This document shows positions 10,809-23,456 of a DNA stretch of 64,000 bases, one piece after another. Where the stretch lies: assembly GCA_043228905.1 (NCBI GenBank), contig JBHGNT010000006.1, forward strand, positions 10,168,001-10,232,000, read 5' to 3'. A program made the position numbers and the translations under genes. This DNA is from Azolla caroliniana. Taxonomy: Eukaryota > Plantae > Polypodiophyta. Positions within the stretch are counted from its first letter, which is position 1, and each line of letters opens with the position of its first letter. Under the pieces are notes generated by a model, which saw only the letters and a program-made list of their open reading frames with translations, did no database searches and was not told where the DNA came from.

Positions 10809-11370
10809 CCTATTCAAGGGCAATGCTATCAAATCACTATATATAAATGATTTGGCAAATTGCTCCTAATCATACATCATGGTTGCGTGAATGATTGAAT
10901 GGATACATAACTTATACATGATAAAAGTTATTCTCAAAGAATGTGAGAAGGCTATTAGTGGCAAATAAACCAAAAACATATTACATTATAGGAGGTGTGA
11001 TGCAACTCCTTTTTTCATCCCAATGAATGTGAGAAGGCTATTATTGGCAAATAAACCAAAAACATATTACATTAAAGGAGGTGTGATGCCCTATTCAAGG
11101 GCAATGCTATCAAATCACTATATATAAATGATTTGGCAAATTGCTCCTAATCATACATCATGGTTGCGTGAATGATTGAATGGATACATAACTTATACAT
11201 GATAAAAGTTATTCTCAAAGAATGTGAGAAGGCTATTAGTGGCAAATAAACCAAAAACATATTACATTATAGGAGGTGTGATGCAACTCCTTTTTTCATC
11301 CCAATGAATGTGAGAAGGCTATTATTGGCAAATAAACCAAAAACATATTACATTAAAGGAGGTGTGATGC
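10809..11370. repeat. Perfect 281-bp tandem duplication, each copy containing an older 86-bp-period duplication
   Basis: CCTATTCAAGGGCAATGC at 10809 and 11090. GAATGTGAGAAGGCTATTA..GGAGGTGTGATGC occurs four times (10939, 11025, 11220, 11306). Confidence 0.95.
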
Positions 11371-11738
11371 AACTCCTTTGATTGTGCTTGCTCATATCAT
11401 GTATCATGCCAAAACACTCATAAATGGTGAATTTTACCATATTCAAAAATGCAATTGTGACATGTAACGCTTCATCAAATTTTGGTATATACGATAAAAT
11501 GAACATGTCTGATATACATGGTTTATATGTGTGGTGACCTCCAAAACTACATACATGGTGACAAGAGTGCACTACAGACGAAGAAAGAACATCACTCCTG
11601 TAGGCTGTCATAAAGATTTGAAGTATTAAAATTAATCGTGGAAATGTATGGATTCTCTGGCGCATACTATAAGCAAATCTCATCATAATATCCAATAACA
11701 AATTCCCCAAACATTTTTGTACTTGGAAATACACAATT

Positions 11739-14700
11739 TCAGTCTTTGAAACAGCCTGACACGAAAAGGCGGAAGGGGGGTCCACTACAAGACAAATTTT
11801 GAACCACATCTGAAGGCTGTTTTCTTGGGGAACTAATAATCTCATTCTTCTGATGTATAACAGCTGCCCCTAGGAGTGTGTATTCCCCTGGCACCAAAAA
11901 GCATAACGAAAATGTATGCACGATTTTCCCTGTTGCCGGAATCTCAATTTCAACACCATTTAGTGCACCTGCAATTATAAAACATCCACCCCCAAAAAAA
12001 GTCGTATTAAAACATAGGTAAAAAATCTCTGGAATGGTAGCCATCCCCACATGCACGGACATACACAACCTTTCCATTCCAGAGCAATATTATTCACTGA
12101 GGATCACATGTTTGTTAAGGTGATTCAAATCAAAAGACTCCAGAAGATTGTATTCAATATAACCACAGGTGTATCCTAATCATTCATTCAATATCAAGAC
12201 TACATCTCTATGGAGCTTCCACCCGACCGTCTAGATTGAAATCCATATACCTAGACTGAGTAAAAAGTCCGAACAGAACTAAAACATTAGTATTCTTCTA
12301 TAAGAAATATCACGCACACTAATGCCACCTATAATGACATATCTGAGAGATATATCGCAGTAACACCAAGGATTTACTGGCATGAAGGAATTTTGCTAAG
12401 ATCTACTACTAGTTATATTTATAGAAATACATTAAATGCAACCTCAGATAAGTTTGAAATTAGCTCAGATGCTATTTTAGGTTCTCTTACTTTTTTGGAA
12501 TATGCTTACTTTGACTTTCTTACAAGGCCCAGTGTCTCACCCCAAATTTTCCAAGATGCATATACACAATCTCACACACTTTGTGGGGAGTATGGATAAT
12601 GGATCCAGTTTGTGTTATGCGGACAATAGCAACATAGAAATATGTTTTGTGTTACTGTTAATAGCACAAGACAATGATAATGTTCTTTACCGAGCACAAG
12701 TCATGAAGTAAGCAGGCTATGGAAAAATTCTTTATCTTGTAAAGTATCCCTGTGCATGGTATTCAAAGTTTTATGTCTACTACAAGGCTAGGTAATAATA
12801 CTTCAATGCGTATTATTGGTTCAGTACAACAGAATCCAGCAATAAATTTCCATCATATTGAGAAGAATAAGGCTGAATAGCAAAGCAGCCTTTACAACTA
12901 CTGTGGAATCTATCTTGCAATTTTAATCCACACGAAGAGGCAGAACGCAGAGTTGAATACTGATCCCCTATTGGAATCTAAAGTAATGGTCAAGAGTACC
13001 TTGGCTCTGAAAGCATAAAAAAGGAATTATAACAATGTCATAGGAGAGGTGCCATAAAAGGTGATATTGCCTTGATATACATCCTTAGACATGAAAATGT
13101 AGCTTATCTTTTCACCAAGGGCTCTTTGGACCTGGAGAAGTTCAAATCACATGGCATCATTTTAGGTTTAGTTCTCATAGAAAGATTTGTGACCAACTGT
13201 CTATTGTCTTTAAACAATTCTTAACTTTTTTCTAACTGCGAAAGCAAATTATGGGTAACTGCCCTCGAGGAGATTAGTTCTCATTTGAGCCTCTCCATGC
13301 CTACAGTCCAGCACCATAAGCTATGGGTCTAATGAGCATCACCATAGGTTGTCACATTAAAGAGGGAAAATGGCTAGTTCCAGCTTCATCTTATCGCATA
13401 CCTCATACAATGTATTCTTAACCCTTTATTTCAGCAAGAAATAAAGAGTACAATCCAGCACCATAAGCTACGGGTCTAATGAGTATCACGGTAGGTTGTC
13501 ACACAAAAGAAGGAAAATTACTAGTTCCAGCTTCATGTTATAACATACTTCATACAATGTATTCACCAAAAACCCAAGAGTCCTTTCAATTCACCAAGAA
13601 AGCGTCGACACTTGAGATATCAAGAAATAATGTTAAAAACTGCATACAGAAATAAACCTCATCAAACCAACCACATATCCAGTTCCCAGATGGAAGAAAG
13701 GTTAGTCAAGAGTTAATTAACAACCACATAGAATATGAGCAGAAATAAAATATAGTTGAGCAGTCATACCAGCCCATAATACTGTTGCTTTATCTCCACC
13801 CAGGCAATTATCTCCTGTAACATCTCGGCATGTCACACTGAAGCTCAATGTCACTGATTCTCTGGTATTGTTCCTTATTAGCATTTCTAATGGTATCAAA
13901 TCATGAGTTACAATAGTACTCTTTGTCTTAAACCTAGAGTCGTCCTCTTGTCCACCCCTACTACTGCTCAGTCCAGCAGTAGCTACAGTTTTTAAATGTT
14001 TCTCATCAGAAATGGACTTTGGTGTTATTCGAAAGCCAAATGTGAGTGGATCAGGAAGCAGCACATCAACAGCTGAGGCTTGGAGCGCTTCTCTGATTGC
14101 ATCTTTTATTGAAATCTCACCAATGCTATTTCTTCCAGAGTTCCATTTAACACAGATCCTGGAGCTCAATTCTTTGATGGTCATGTTTAGTTCAGCTCTT
14201 GTTTGTCTTTCTGATTTTGGCGGGTCATTCAATTTACTGAAATAGGCTTTGTTCAGAACAGGCAATTTCAGCCGCTCCAACGGGATCAGGACTCTAGCAG
14301 AATACTCGCGATCAATCCTTGTGCTGGGGTACAAGCACTCAACACTATTTTCCGAAAGCTTGGTGCCTTCTAAGCTCTCCCTTGTTCTTCTTTCACAAAC
14401 AGTGATTTCAAAGACAACATCTGTTGGGTTCCATAATTCTAGTTCGAGCAACCGCAAGCCCCAACTTCCTCTGTATGGATCCATCTTCACAAGGCTCTCG
14501 CCAGACTCTGCAGACTTCACTGCCGAAAGATCAGGGTTATTTGTATTGATTTGCGCTGGGACCTCCATAGACAATAATCGTGCATGTACTAAACATAACC
14601 CTCGAAGCACATGCATTTGCAAAGGAATTGACAACCTCCTCCCAGGTGGGAATATAGAACCTTCAATGTTTGTTTCTTTGCCTAGAAGCAACATTTGAAA

Positions 14701-17700
14701 ACTGGTTAGCTCATTCACTAGATCATGAAAATTTATTGATGTATCAAATACAAAAGAATTTGTTGCTTATAGCTCACCTGCATAGTGGATCACCAACATT
14801 GCAGATGTGGCATCTGTAACCAACCTTCCAGTACTATTAGCAGCTTCTTGAGGATTATTTACCTCAGAGCTCGTAGACAACTGACCAGCCTTTAGTATCA
14901 CAGGGACCACAACAGTGGCACCAGGCAATAAAGGCAGCGCCTCTTGTAGGACATTTTGTCCCATTGAAACAATATGGTCTTGTTGCTTTCCATTCACGGA
15001 CATGTGCGCTTCTACAATAGGAACAGTGCTTGCATTTACAAAACATATTTGAACTTCCCTTAACTCTCCTTCATATAGGACAGCAGCACCCTGACCTCCA
15101 ACTATCTGCGTTGTTAGTAAAGGGAGAGATGGCATTACAACTATAGCTGGACTTGAAGTATGCCGCAATTTTGAGCCTCCAGCACTCCGAAAAGGATCAG
15201 TTAAACTTAAACCCTTAGCAGCATCTGATAAAAGCTCATTGATGTCTTCAAATTTATGTTCTGTTATCACATCAAAGCAGTGTACAATACAGCCCCTGAG
15301 AGAGATTGAACCCTCTTTCAGAGAGACACCTGACAATGATAATAATTGAGAGGAATTGGATGGAAGACTCACTACAGCAGGATAAGGTTCAAAGTCTTCT
15401 GCATCCACTGATAAATAGATACTCTGAACAAACACTTCAAAGGCACAAGGATTTGCAATTTCCACTAGAACTTGGACAGGCTCCCCAACCACCCAAACAA
15501 CTTCTTCCTTACTACCAGAAGTAGCATCAGAACCTTTTGCAAATGGAGTGTAAATGAAGGGGCCTGAGGGTGTTGCTCCAACCCACCATTCCCTTTTCTC
15601 TGGGCTTCGCCGAACTATTTCTGTTTGCATAGGTGAACTTGGGACAGAATGTAACCTGCAAAAAACATACTTTTCTAAAATACGCAGATAAATAAAAGGA
15701 AAACTTCCATTTACAGATCTCATAGTAACATATGTCTAACCTAATAAATGGAAGAGCAGGATCTGAACATCGAGTCCCTACAGGAAGTTGTTTTGCTGCA
15801 CTTGTGAGAGCATTAGCCAATTTGGCTTGGTCACTGGGTGTTATAAGAGGGTAATGACCCCTCAGTAATCGTGCTGTCGAGCTCCAAGCTGCAAGAGGGT
15901 CATTTGCTCGGACAGCTGCTAATAGCATATCATTCAGTACATTCATCTGCAAAGTGCTCCAAAGCCCATCTGAATCAAAAGAAGCATGCTCCTTACTCTC
16001 TACATTTGTTCCCTGAGCTTCCATAGTGTAAGCCATATTAGAAAGGCTTCATGAAACAACACTAATGCATATAACATCAGCAAAATATAAAGTAAATATG
16101 CCCAATTAATCGTAAAAAGTAGGACTTACTTCAGCTGATTTGACTTTATTAAAAGAATATTTGCTTTGCACATTATAAGTCTTTGCTCCAAGAGCCAGTA
16201 CTTGTAGAGCACTAGTGGCACACCATTGGCCTTCTTGCTGAAGGTAAAGTTGAGCAACTTGTCTAGAGAAAAATGCAGCTTTTCTATCGTATCCTAAACA
16301 TCCAAATATGCGAGCAACCTCAATATATACAATAAGCCGATCATTGGCATCAGTCATGCTTTTGGCTCCTTCTACCGCACCCATCAATAAATCTGCTACC
16401 TCCCTTGCCAGTTCCCTCCTGCATTCACCGATATTAAATGTACTGGAGCTATGTATAAAAATATCCTAAACTAGAAGACAGTACATAAAGTCTCTAAAAG
16501 ACCATAATGACTGTTTGGACTGACTATATTAAGTCAAGTTTTCTATTCTATAAGAACAAATTAGAATAAAAGTTTGAAAGTTTCCTTGGGACTTTCAGGC
16601 CTTACAAGCAATTTGCTTGGGAATTGAGAATTAAAACAGAAGCTTGAGATGAAGTGGGGTGATTTTTGATCCGTCTACCAAGGCATTCCTCTCCACATTC
16701 ATAGCAGTCATGTCCTTGCACTTCCTTCAATTGTAGCTAAGTTATTAATAGTAGACTGCAATAGTAGTAATAACAAAAATAGTGCAAATTTGATACAAGA
16801 CATAATATCTAAATTTGACTCGCTTTTCAAATGCGTTTCTGATGGTTAAAACTTGTCTCTGGAAATCCTTAAAGATGCAATGAGTGTAGAGACTTCGAGA
16901 TATTTTGTTGACTTGGCTCTGGAAGTATACCATAATTCAGAAACAGACCATGCCAGGTCTTCAACATTAAATCAAATCTTAAACATTCAGTATTTCCAAG
17001 AAGCAAGTTCCTCCCCTCAACTTCATATTTGTCAATAAGAATAAAAACAAAGAAAGAAGATAATACACAAACAATCAATAGGAAATTTGGCAAAAGCCAG
17101 GTGCCTCTATTCATCAAACAGAAAGACAAATGAAGGAATAAAAAGATTCTAGCATGGTCTATAACCTTACAATAAAAATATGCAAATTTTGCCATTGAAT
17201 TGTTCACTGTACTAGAAATGATCATACTACCTGGAAGTTCGTATTAATAAATGACAACCATAAGGCCATCGAAAATTTTTAAAACAGACCATACATGCTC
17301 GGTAATATGGAAAGCTTTAAATATTAAGCTTCAACGTTCAGCTAGGTTTATCAGAATAAGATTAGACCTTTACATTGTATCATAAAACCAATTTTGGTTC
17401 AATTTTAGACTACCTGCAAAGAAACCTTGAAAGCTTCAATGTTGCCTCCAGTTCAAACGAAATAGCTGTTGCCCTAGCATTATCAATCTTTTAATGTTAA
17501 ACTGGAGCAGGTGAAGAAGAACATTGGGTTTCAAAATATAAACATATATTACCTTCGGTACAACTGTATAACCTCATAATAACGGAACTTGACTTCATCC
17601 TCAATGTATGGATCCTTATTCCCCAAATGATGTATCTGGTCAATAAAGAGATAATTTATGAACAAAAGGAAATAATAACAATGAAAATATAGAAATGTTT

Positions 17701-20332
17701 TGTATTAGTTTTTGCTTGCAACTGACGGGGGAATGGAAATTGGAATTCTTGAAAAAAGTCCAAACAACCCTAATTCGAAAAAAGCAGATCCCTTAGAGCA
17801 GGTACCCAACCAAAAAGACAGTGTGGGATAGTACTGCATATGTATATATATGTATGTATGTATGTATGTATTGTGAGAAAAGCTGTTAATAGCAGCAGCG
17901 GAACAGTTGTTGGAACAAAATAGACACAGCCAAGCTGTGAGAAGGCTGTTAGACAGCAGTAGAAAAAATGGCTGCAAAGAGTAGAGACACAACCAAGGAG
18001 TAGAGCTTGTTTTTAAGTAGCAACGAAAGTAAAAGTCTTTACAAAAGAGGCTGGTATAGCCTATTTATACAAAATTGGGGAAAGTGGGTGAAATTGTTGT
18101 TTAGTAGTTAAGTGACTCTTGTACTACCAAACAGGTACAATAAACTAGGAATAAGAGAGAATATCTTGGAAAGAGTGGAAGAGAGAAAAAGCATTTAAAG
18201 CATTGCAAATTCTAGAGAGAGAAGGCATTTAAAGCGTTGCAGATTCTAGAGAGAGAAGGCATTTAAAGAGTTGCAGATTCTAGAGAGAGAAGAATCTAGG
18301 AAGAGAGAGAATGTAGAACAGAGATAATAAAGATGAAAGAGAGTGCAAGTGTGGAGCTGCCATCCTCCAACATGCACGTATGTATGTATGTATGTATGTA
18401 TGTATACTTATGAACATTGTTCACTAAACAGCATTACCACTAGGGCACCGATGCTGCCTTCAATTGCTCCTGCATGCCAAAATACATCTCCTGTCAAACG
18501 AGCAAGTTCTATTGCAGTATTGTAATGTGCATTTGCATCTAAAGGAGATCCAGCTAAGAGACAATAATCGCCAATCGTTTTTTGAGCTCGGCCCAACCTT
18601 CTCTTCTTGGCCTTACTTACCTAGCAATATCAATCAAACATCAGAATCACACTATGTATTTTTTTTCTGGCAAGTGCACTTTTGAGGAAAAATGATGATT
18701 TCACTGGTGTACTCTCCTTTTTCATATACATAAGATAACTAGAGAACATCTTTCGTATTCCTGGAATGAAACATTAAATAACAATATTTTATCAATTGAT
18801 AAAAAATTGTTACTTGAAGATACGAAAATACACATGAGTAAGGTATGCTTTACACAAGGACCGCCCTCCAATATGGAGTTTTAATGAAGAAGCTTCTCAG
18901 TGAGTTACTTCAAGACTCGTTCATAGTCTAAAGATCCAATGAAAACTTGGTATTAAGAGGACTTTACTTACCTCTTCAGAGCTTAATGAAGCTTGTGAAT
19001 CCAATGGTGTAGTCAAAGTTGCACCAACAGTTTCAGCATGAAGAACCCAGCTTTCAAACTCCATTAAAAAATTGGCAGCAATCTCTTGCATAAGAGTTTC
19101 CATGTGCAGCTCCAGCATCTGCCTGTCCGTGGGAGGAATAAAAACAAGATGTGGTCTCTTCTTTTCTTCTTGCTCGACCTAAATTCAAATTGATAATTTC
19201 TTCAGGATCCTTCTTAATGTGTATCATTACTCATCAAACCCCATTTTCATCATAAGCGTTATCTCTTTCCATCAGTTTTATGAAACAAAGATTCCCAGAG
19301 TGAAAAAGAAAACTATTACAGATAGAAGTCATCAACATGGGATGATGAAGAGAAGAAAGAAAGATATGCTAGAGTCTTTTAAGAGGCCAAATGGCCTATA
19401 AGACTAAACACAAGATTACAACTTAAAATGTTGTCTCATCTTTTAGAACAGAAAACCAAACTAAACATAAGTAAAAAAGTAAATAGAAGTAGAATTAAGA
19501 CGTGACTAAAGAATTTCATCATCTACACACGTAAACATTCTCAAGTCAGATATGCTTTTAATTGTCTTTGGAGAGAAAAGGAACAAAACAATCAATTCTA
19601 GAAGCAGTTTACAGGATAGGGAATCCAAGAGTAAGGTACAAATCATAGAAGTGAAAGGAAAAGCAAATTCCTAAAGGCATATCTTTACATAATGAGAATC
19701 AACCCAAGAAAATAAACAGGGGCGGTAATAAAAAATCAACTAACAAAAAAGAAAAAAAAAGAACTAAAAATCTAGGTCATGTTGGCATCGCCTAATGAGA
19801 AATCAACTAAAAAGACAAGAAAGAAAAAACAACAAAAACCTTGCGGCATATCATTGTCACCTAATGACAGCTTAACTAAAGCAAACATACAAAACTTTAG
19901 GGGCAAAAATCATTATACCTGATGAGCATCGGTTGGGAAGAAAGCAAGCATACGATTAACAAGGGCAGAAGGATAAGCTTTACAAATGGAACGGAAGCGG
20001 TCATAAACTGATACAATATCCGGTGACGTAGGGCAATGTGCGAGGCCAATGATTCCATGGATCTTCCTTTGGGCTTGGAAATCCTCCCAAGGGCTCTTGC
20101 AAGCACCACCAACAAGGAACTTGAAACAGAGCCTACCTGAACCCCATGGTTGTTGAGCAAAAGGGCTCTTTTGATGCTCGGTGTAAAAGGAAGCCACATT
20201 TTCAAGATGAATCTGATTGTGGTTCACTACTAGAGAGACATAGTCTTGGAGCGACGAGGTGGGCATGTTACCTAATCCTATCACTACAATGCGGATCATG
20301 CTCCCACTATCTATACTCACATTAGGTTCCAT
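11739..20332 (-). CDS. TRS120: TRAPPII complex-specific subunit TRS120 (TRAPPC9/VAN4 homolog), 1175 aa; exons 20332-19919, 19178-18972, 18620-18438, 17635-17553, 17473-17414, 16418-16130, 16012-15741, 15655-14778, 14681-13770, 11968-11739
   Basis: Plant TRS120 motifs: MEPxVSI, SFYTEHQKSPF, SPWEDFQ, KAKKRRLGRAQKTIGDYCLLAGSP.DANAHY, FELEATLKL, RCSDPALPFIRLHS, GPFIYTPF, PPGRRL, DPYRGSWGLR, LLPDPLTFGF, FLVPGEYTL. GT-AG introns; exons sum to 3528 nt in frame. The acceptors at 16012 and 14681 were chosen by phase. Confidence 0.93.
13000..13175 (+). mobile_element. Old Copia RNase H remnant in last TRS120 intron
   Basis: Reads as KGDIALIYI..HENVAYLFTK, resembling the Copia Q.AD.FTK motif. Confidence 0.45.
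13307..13565. repeat. Diverged ~146-bp-period tandem duplication in TRS120 intron
   Basis: TCCAGCACCATAAGCTA.GGGTCTAATGAG...CATACAATGTATTC at ~13307 and ~13453. Confidence 0.85.
17872..18372 (-). mobile_element. Probable solo LTR in TRS120 intron 3, inside a (TATG)n tract
   Basis: TG...CA termini. Flanks TGTAT/TGCAC could be a decayed TSD. (TATG)n on both sides, TATAAATA on the minus strand near 18062-18069, and ~34-bp tandem units TTCTAGAGAGAGAAGGCATTTAAAG. Confidence 0.55.
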
Positions 20333-20408
20333 TATGTGTATGACGTGTATGTGTGGGGTTTGAAAGAACCTTAATTCTACCTACCTGTTCAAAAAGTGAA
20401 GTTCAATT

Positions 20409-20450
<42 letters not shown>

Positions 20451-22742
20451 GACGAGAAAACACTCAAGATGTAATCTCTTATTTGGTGTTTTCTCTATAT
20501 AATGTGATAGATGTTCCTACATATATGCAATGGGGAATCTATGCACTCTATGAATCCGTGCAGGAAAAGTCCGGTTTTCCAAGGGCTTGTCAGAGGCGAT
20601 GGCTAGCACAATTGAAGTGAAGCAAGGATGCCCACTATCCCCCACTCTCTTCAGTCTCTATATAGATGAGGTATCACATTATATAGGGAGATTCGGGGGT
20701 CCCAGAGCACGCCTAGCAGGTATAGCTATACAAATATTACTATATGCTGATGACATTGTGCTGATTTCTGACTCTCCGGAGGGACTCCAAAAACTCTAAA
20801 TGCCTTAAAACTATTTTGTACGGACAAAGGTTCGTCAATCAACATGGACAAAACTAAAGTGATGGTGTTTAACACCACTCAAGCATGGGTAACAAGATCA
20901 GAACCAGAATTCTTCTTGGGAGAGGAAAAAGTGGAATACACACGCTCCTACACATACCTAGGAGTAACATTTACAGGGCCTAGGTTCTCCTTACAGGAGG
21001 CTGCTTGTGCCCAACTTTCTCATGGATATGCAGCCCTTGTTGCTCTCGAGAGACAATTGCACATTTGCAGTTCTGAGAGCCACGAACTAAGTTGTGGTTA
21101 TTTGATACACTTGTCACACCAACTCTTCTCTATGGAGTAGAAACATGGGGACCGAGTCTTAACAAGGCAAATCATTGGAAAAAGTGGAATACACACGCTC
21201 CTACACATACCTAGGAGTAACATTTACAGGGCCTAGGTTCTCCTTACAGGAGGCTGCTTGTGCCCGACTTTCTCATGGATATGCAGCCCTTGTTGCTCTC
21301 GAGAGACAATTGCACATTTGCAGTTCTGAGAGCCACGAACTAAGTTGTGGTTATTTGATACACTTGTCACACCAACTCTTCTCTATGGAGTAGAAACATG
21401 GGGACCGAGTCTTAACAAGGCAAATCATTGGAAAGATTTAGAGAGACCTTTAGTGTCAATGATTGCTCGCATGATAAGGAGCAAAGCATCGGTGCCCCAT
21501 GATATAATCCAAGCAAATATGGGAGTAGCACATATAATAACCGAGGCATTGTTCCAATCAGTGACATTTATCCAACGTCTTTGGGAGCTCTCTAAACGAA
21601 GGTACCCAAGGTTGGCACGTATGTCATCAAGACAACTGGATGAAAATGGAGACACTCATTGTTGGTATGCTGAAATGCAACAATGGTTCGAGTCACATGG
21701 CATGAGTATAAATGCACTACCCCGGTTCCAATATAGCTTGGACTGTCCCCATCTAAATATGACCAAAGTGGAAAAGAATAGAGTGATCCGAATTGATATT
21801 ATTAACTTGGAAAACAAGATCACATGGATCAGCCCCAAAATACAACTTGGAACAAAGATGGCCCACTATAAGACACACTTCTTACACACATCGGAGGATA
21901 GATTCATCATCAGGCCACCTTATATGGACATAGATCTATCTTATGCGTTGCGTAGTGTGATAGGGCAGCTGCGAACTTCATCACATCAATTACAGATTGA
22001 AGTAGGCAGATATACACGACTACCTCTAGAAGAGAGAATTTGCTAATTGTGTCATCAAGGAGTGGAATCATTGTAGTGTCTTTTATGAAATCAGAAGGAG
22101 ATACCATTGCCTCTTTAAACAGGGCTTTGGCCCACTATGCAAGGTAATGGAATATGAGAACCAACGATGCCTAGGACTTTTCTTGCTAGAGCTCAAGAGA
22201 CATTGGGAAAAGTTGTTGAAGAATACAGCCACACAAGCTCATTCACAAAGAACAATCAAAACTTTCTTTAGCCCCATCACTCCTAATGCTACAAGTCAAT
22301 CATGGGATACACAAATGAGCTCCAAACCAGGACATAACAAATGGGTTACAATTGATCGGGCAACAGCAATTTGCCGTGCACGTAGACCCCGGCCTTATGG
22401 ACCACAACCTCAACACCCTTGCCATCGATAGATAAAAGCCATTATCTCCCGCCATCGTAGGTGCTTCCCTCGCTTCGGAGACATTTCCATTCTAGATCGA
22501 CCTATGCTAGAGATCTTTCGAAGACAAAAGCTACAATATATCTAACTTGAGAATCTCACATGTGCCAAAAACCAGATTCCCTCATTTCTTTTCTTTTCAT
22601 CGTATTTACTTTTATATTTACTGTGTAATATTTATTTTATTTTGATTTGTTCTCAAAGACAAGACAGCACTTAAGATGTAATATCTTGTTTGGACTTACA
22701 GGCCATTTTGGCCTCTTAAAAGACATTAATATTTCTTTCTTC
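20451..22742 (+). mobile_element. 5'-truncated non-LTR retrotransposon (LINE ORF2 RT, C-terminal Cys region, 3' UTR), antisense to TRS120
   Basis: VKQGCPLSPTLFSLYID, LLYADDIVL, KTKVMVF, YTYLGV, LLYGVETWG, LRTSSHQLQIEVGRY..LEERIC. (TTTC)n-like tail. Candidate TSD CTCTCTCTCAAA at 20439-20450 and 22743-22754. Contains stops and frameshifts. Confidence 0.88.
20924..21429 (+). repeat. 253-bp tandem duplication within the LINE
   Basis: GGAAAAAGTGGAATACACACG at 20924 and 21177. Copies differ at ~1 position; GGAAA microhomology at the junction. Confidence 0.95.
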
Positions 22743-23075
22743 CTCTCTCTCAAACATCGAGTCACTACTCACTTTCACACGTATCACGTGAAATGTAATA
22801 TTTTCTCTTTAACAGCCCACGAAGAACCAATAAACGCATCCCATAAACTTTGAACATATGCTCCCATAATGCATCTTAGTAAGAAGTGTCATATGTACAA
22901 GTACCAATGAGCTAGTCTATAAGCACCATTGTACAACTCCACATTGCATCTCAAAGAACAAATAAGTTATCTTTGTCCCCCAACATCAAATGATATGTGT
23001 GTTTTTGCTCTTTAACAGCCCACAAAGAGCCAAAAAATGTATCCCATAAACTTCAAAGGATATGAATATGCTGTT

Positions 23076-23456
23076 TATCATGAGGGCAATCACAAGACTA
23101 ACGGTCTCTCAAAATCTGTCCAGCTATGTGACCAATGAAGGCTCAGACCCCAGCTTTCTACTCCATTGAGAAGAGTCAATGCTCTAGATGTATGAAATAA
23201 CCACAATTTAGTTTGTGGTTCTTGGAACCGTATATGCATGCATTGCCTTTCAAGGGCATCAAGAGTTACATATCCATGAGAAGTTCAAGCACAAGCAGCT
23301 CCTAGAACCAAGACCCTGTGAACGAGACTACTTGGTATGTGTAGGATATCCATATGCCACTTCTTTCTCTTCCAAGCAGAATTCCGATTCCACTTTCACT
23401 AGCCATACGTGAGTGGTGCTAAACACCATCAGTTTAGTTTTGTCCTGGTTCACCAA
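23076..23456 (-). mobile_element. Older, inverted fragment of the same LINE family
   Basis: The reverse complement aligns collinearly with LINE 20840-21480 (GGACAAAACTAAA.TGATGGTGTTTA.CACCACTCA ... TTCTCATGGATATG ... GGAGTAGAAA..TGGGG ... GAGAGACC.TTAGT ... CATGATAA). Confidence 0.85.

Noticed and set aside
16013-16061. TRS120 frameshift or pseudogenisation at exon 7
   Set aside because: The upstream AGs give a stop, but CAG at 16013-16015, with a CTAAT branch point, restores phase 0 and a full-length protein.
18180-18300. TTCTAGAG repeats in the solo LTR as heat-shock elements
   Set aside because: Only two imperfect pentamers per unit and no three-unit alternating array.
17908-18372. Alternative solo-LTR boundary using TGTTGGA/TCCAACA inverted ends
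   Set aside because: Flanks ACAGT/TGCAC do not form a TSD and 36 bp of non-microsatellite sequence would be left unexplained. Not fully excluded.
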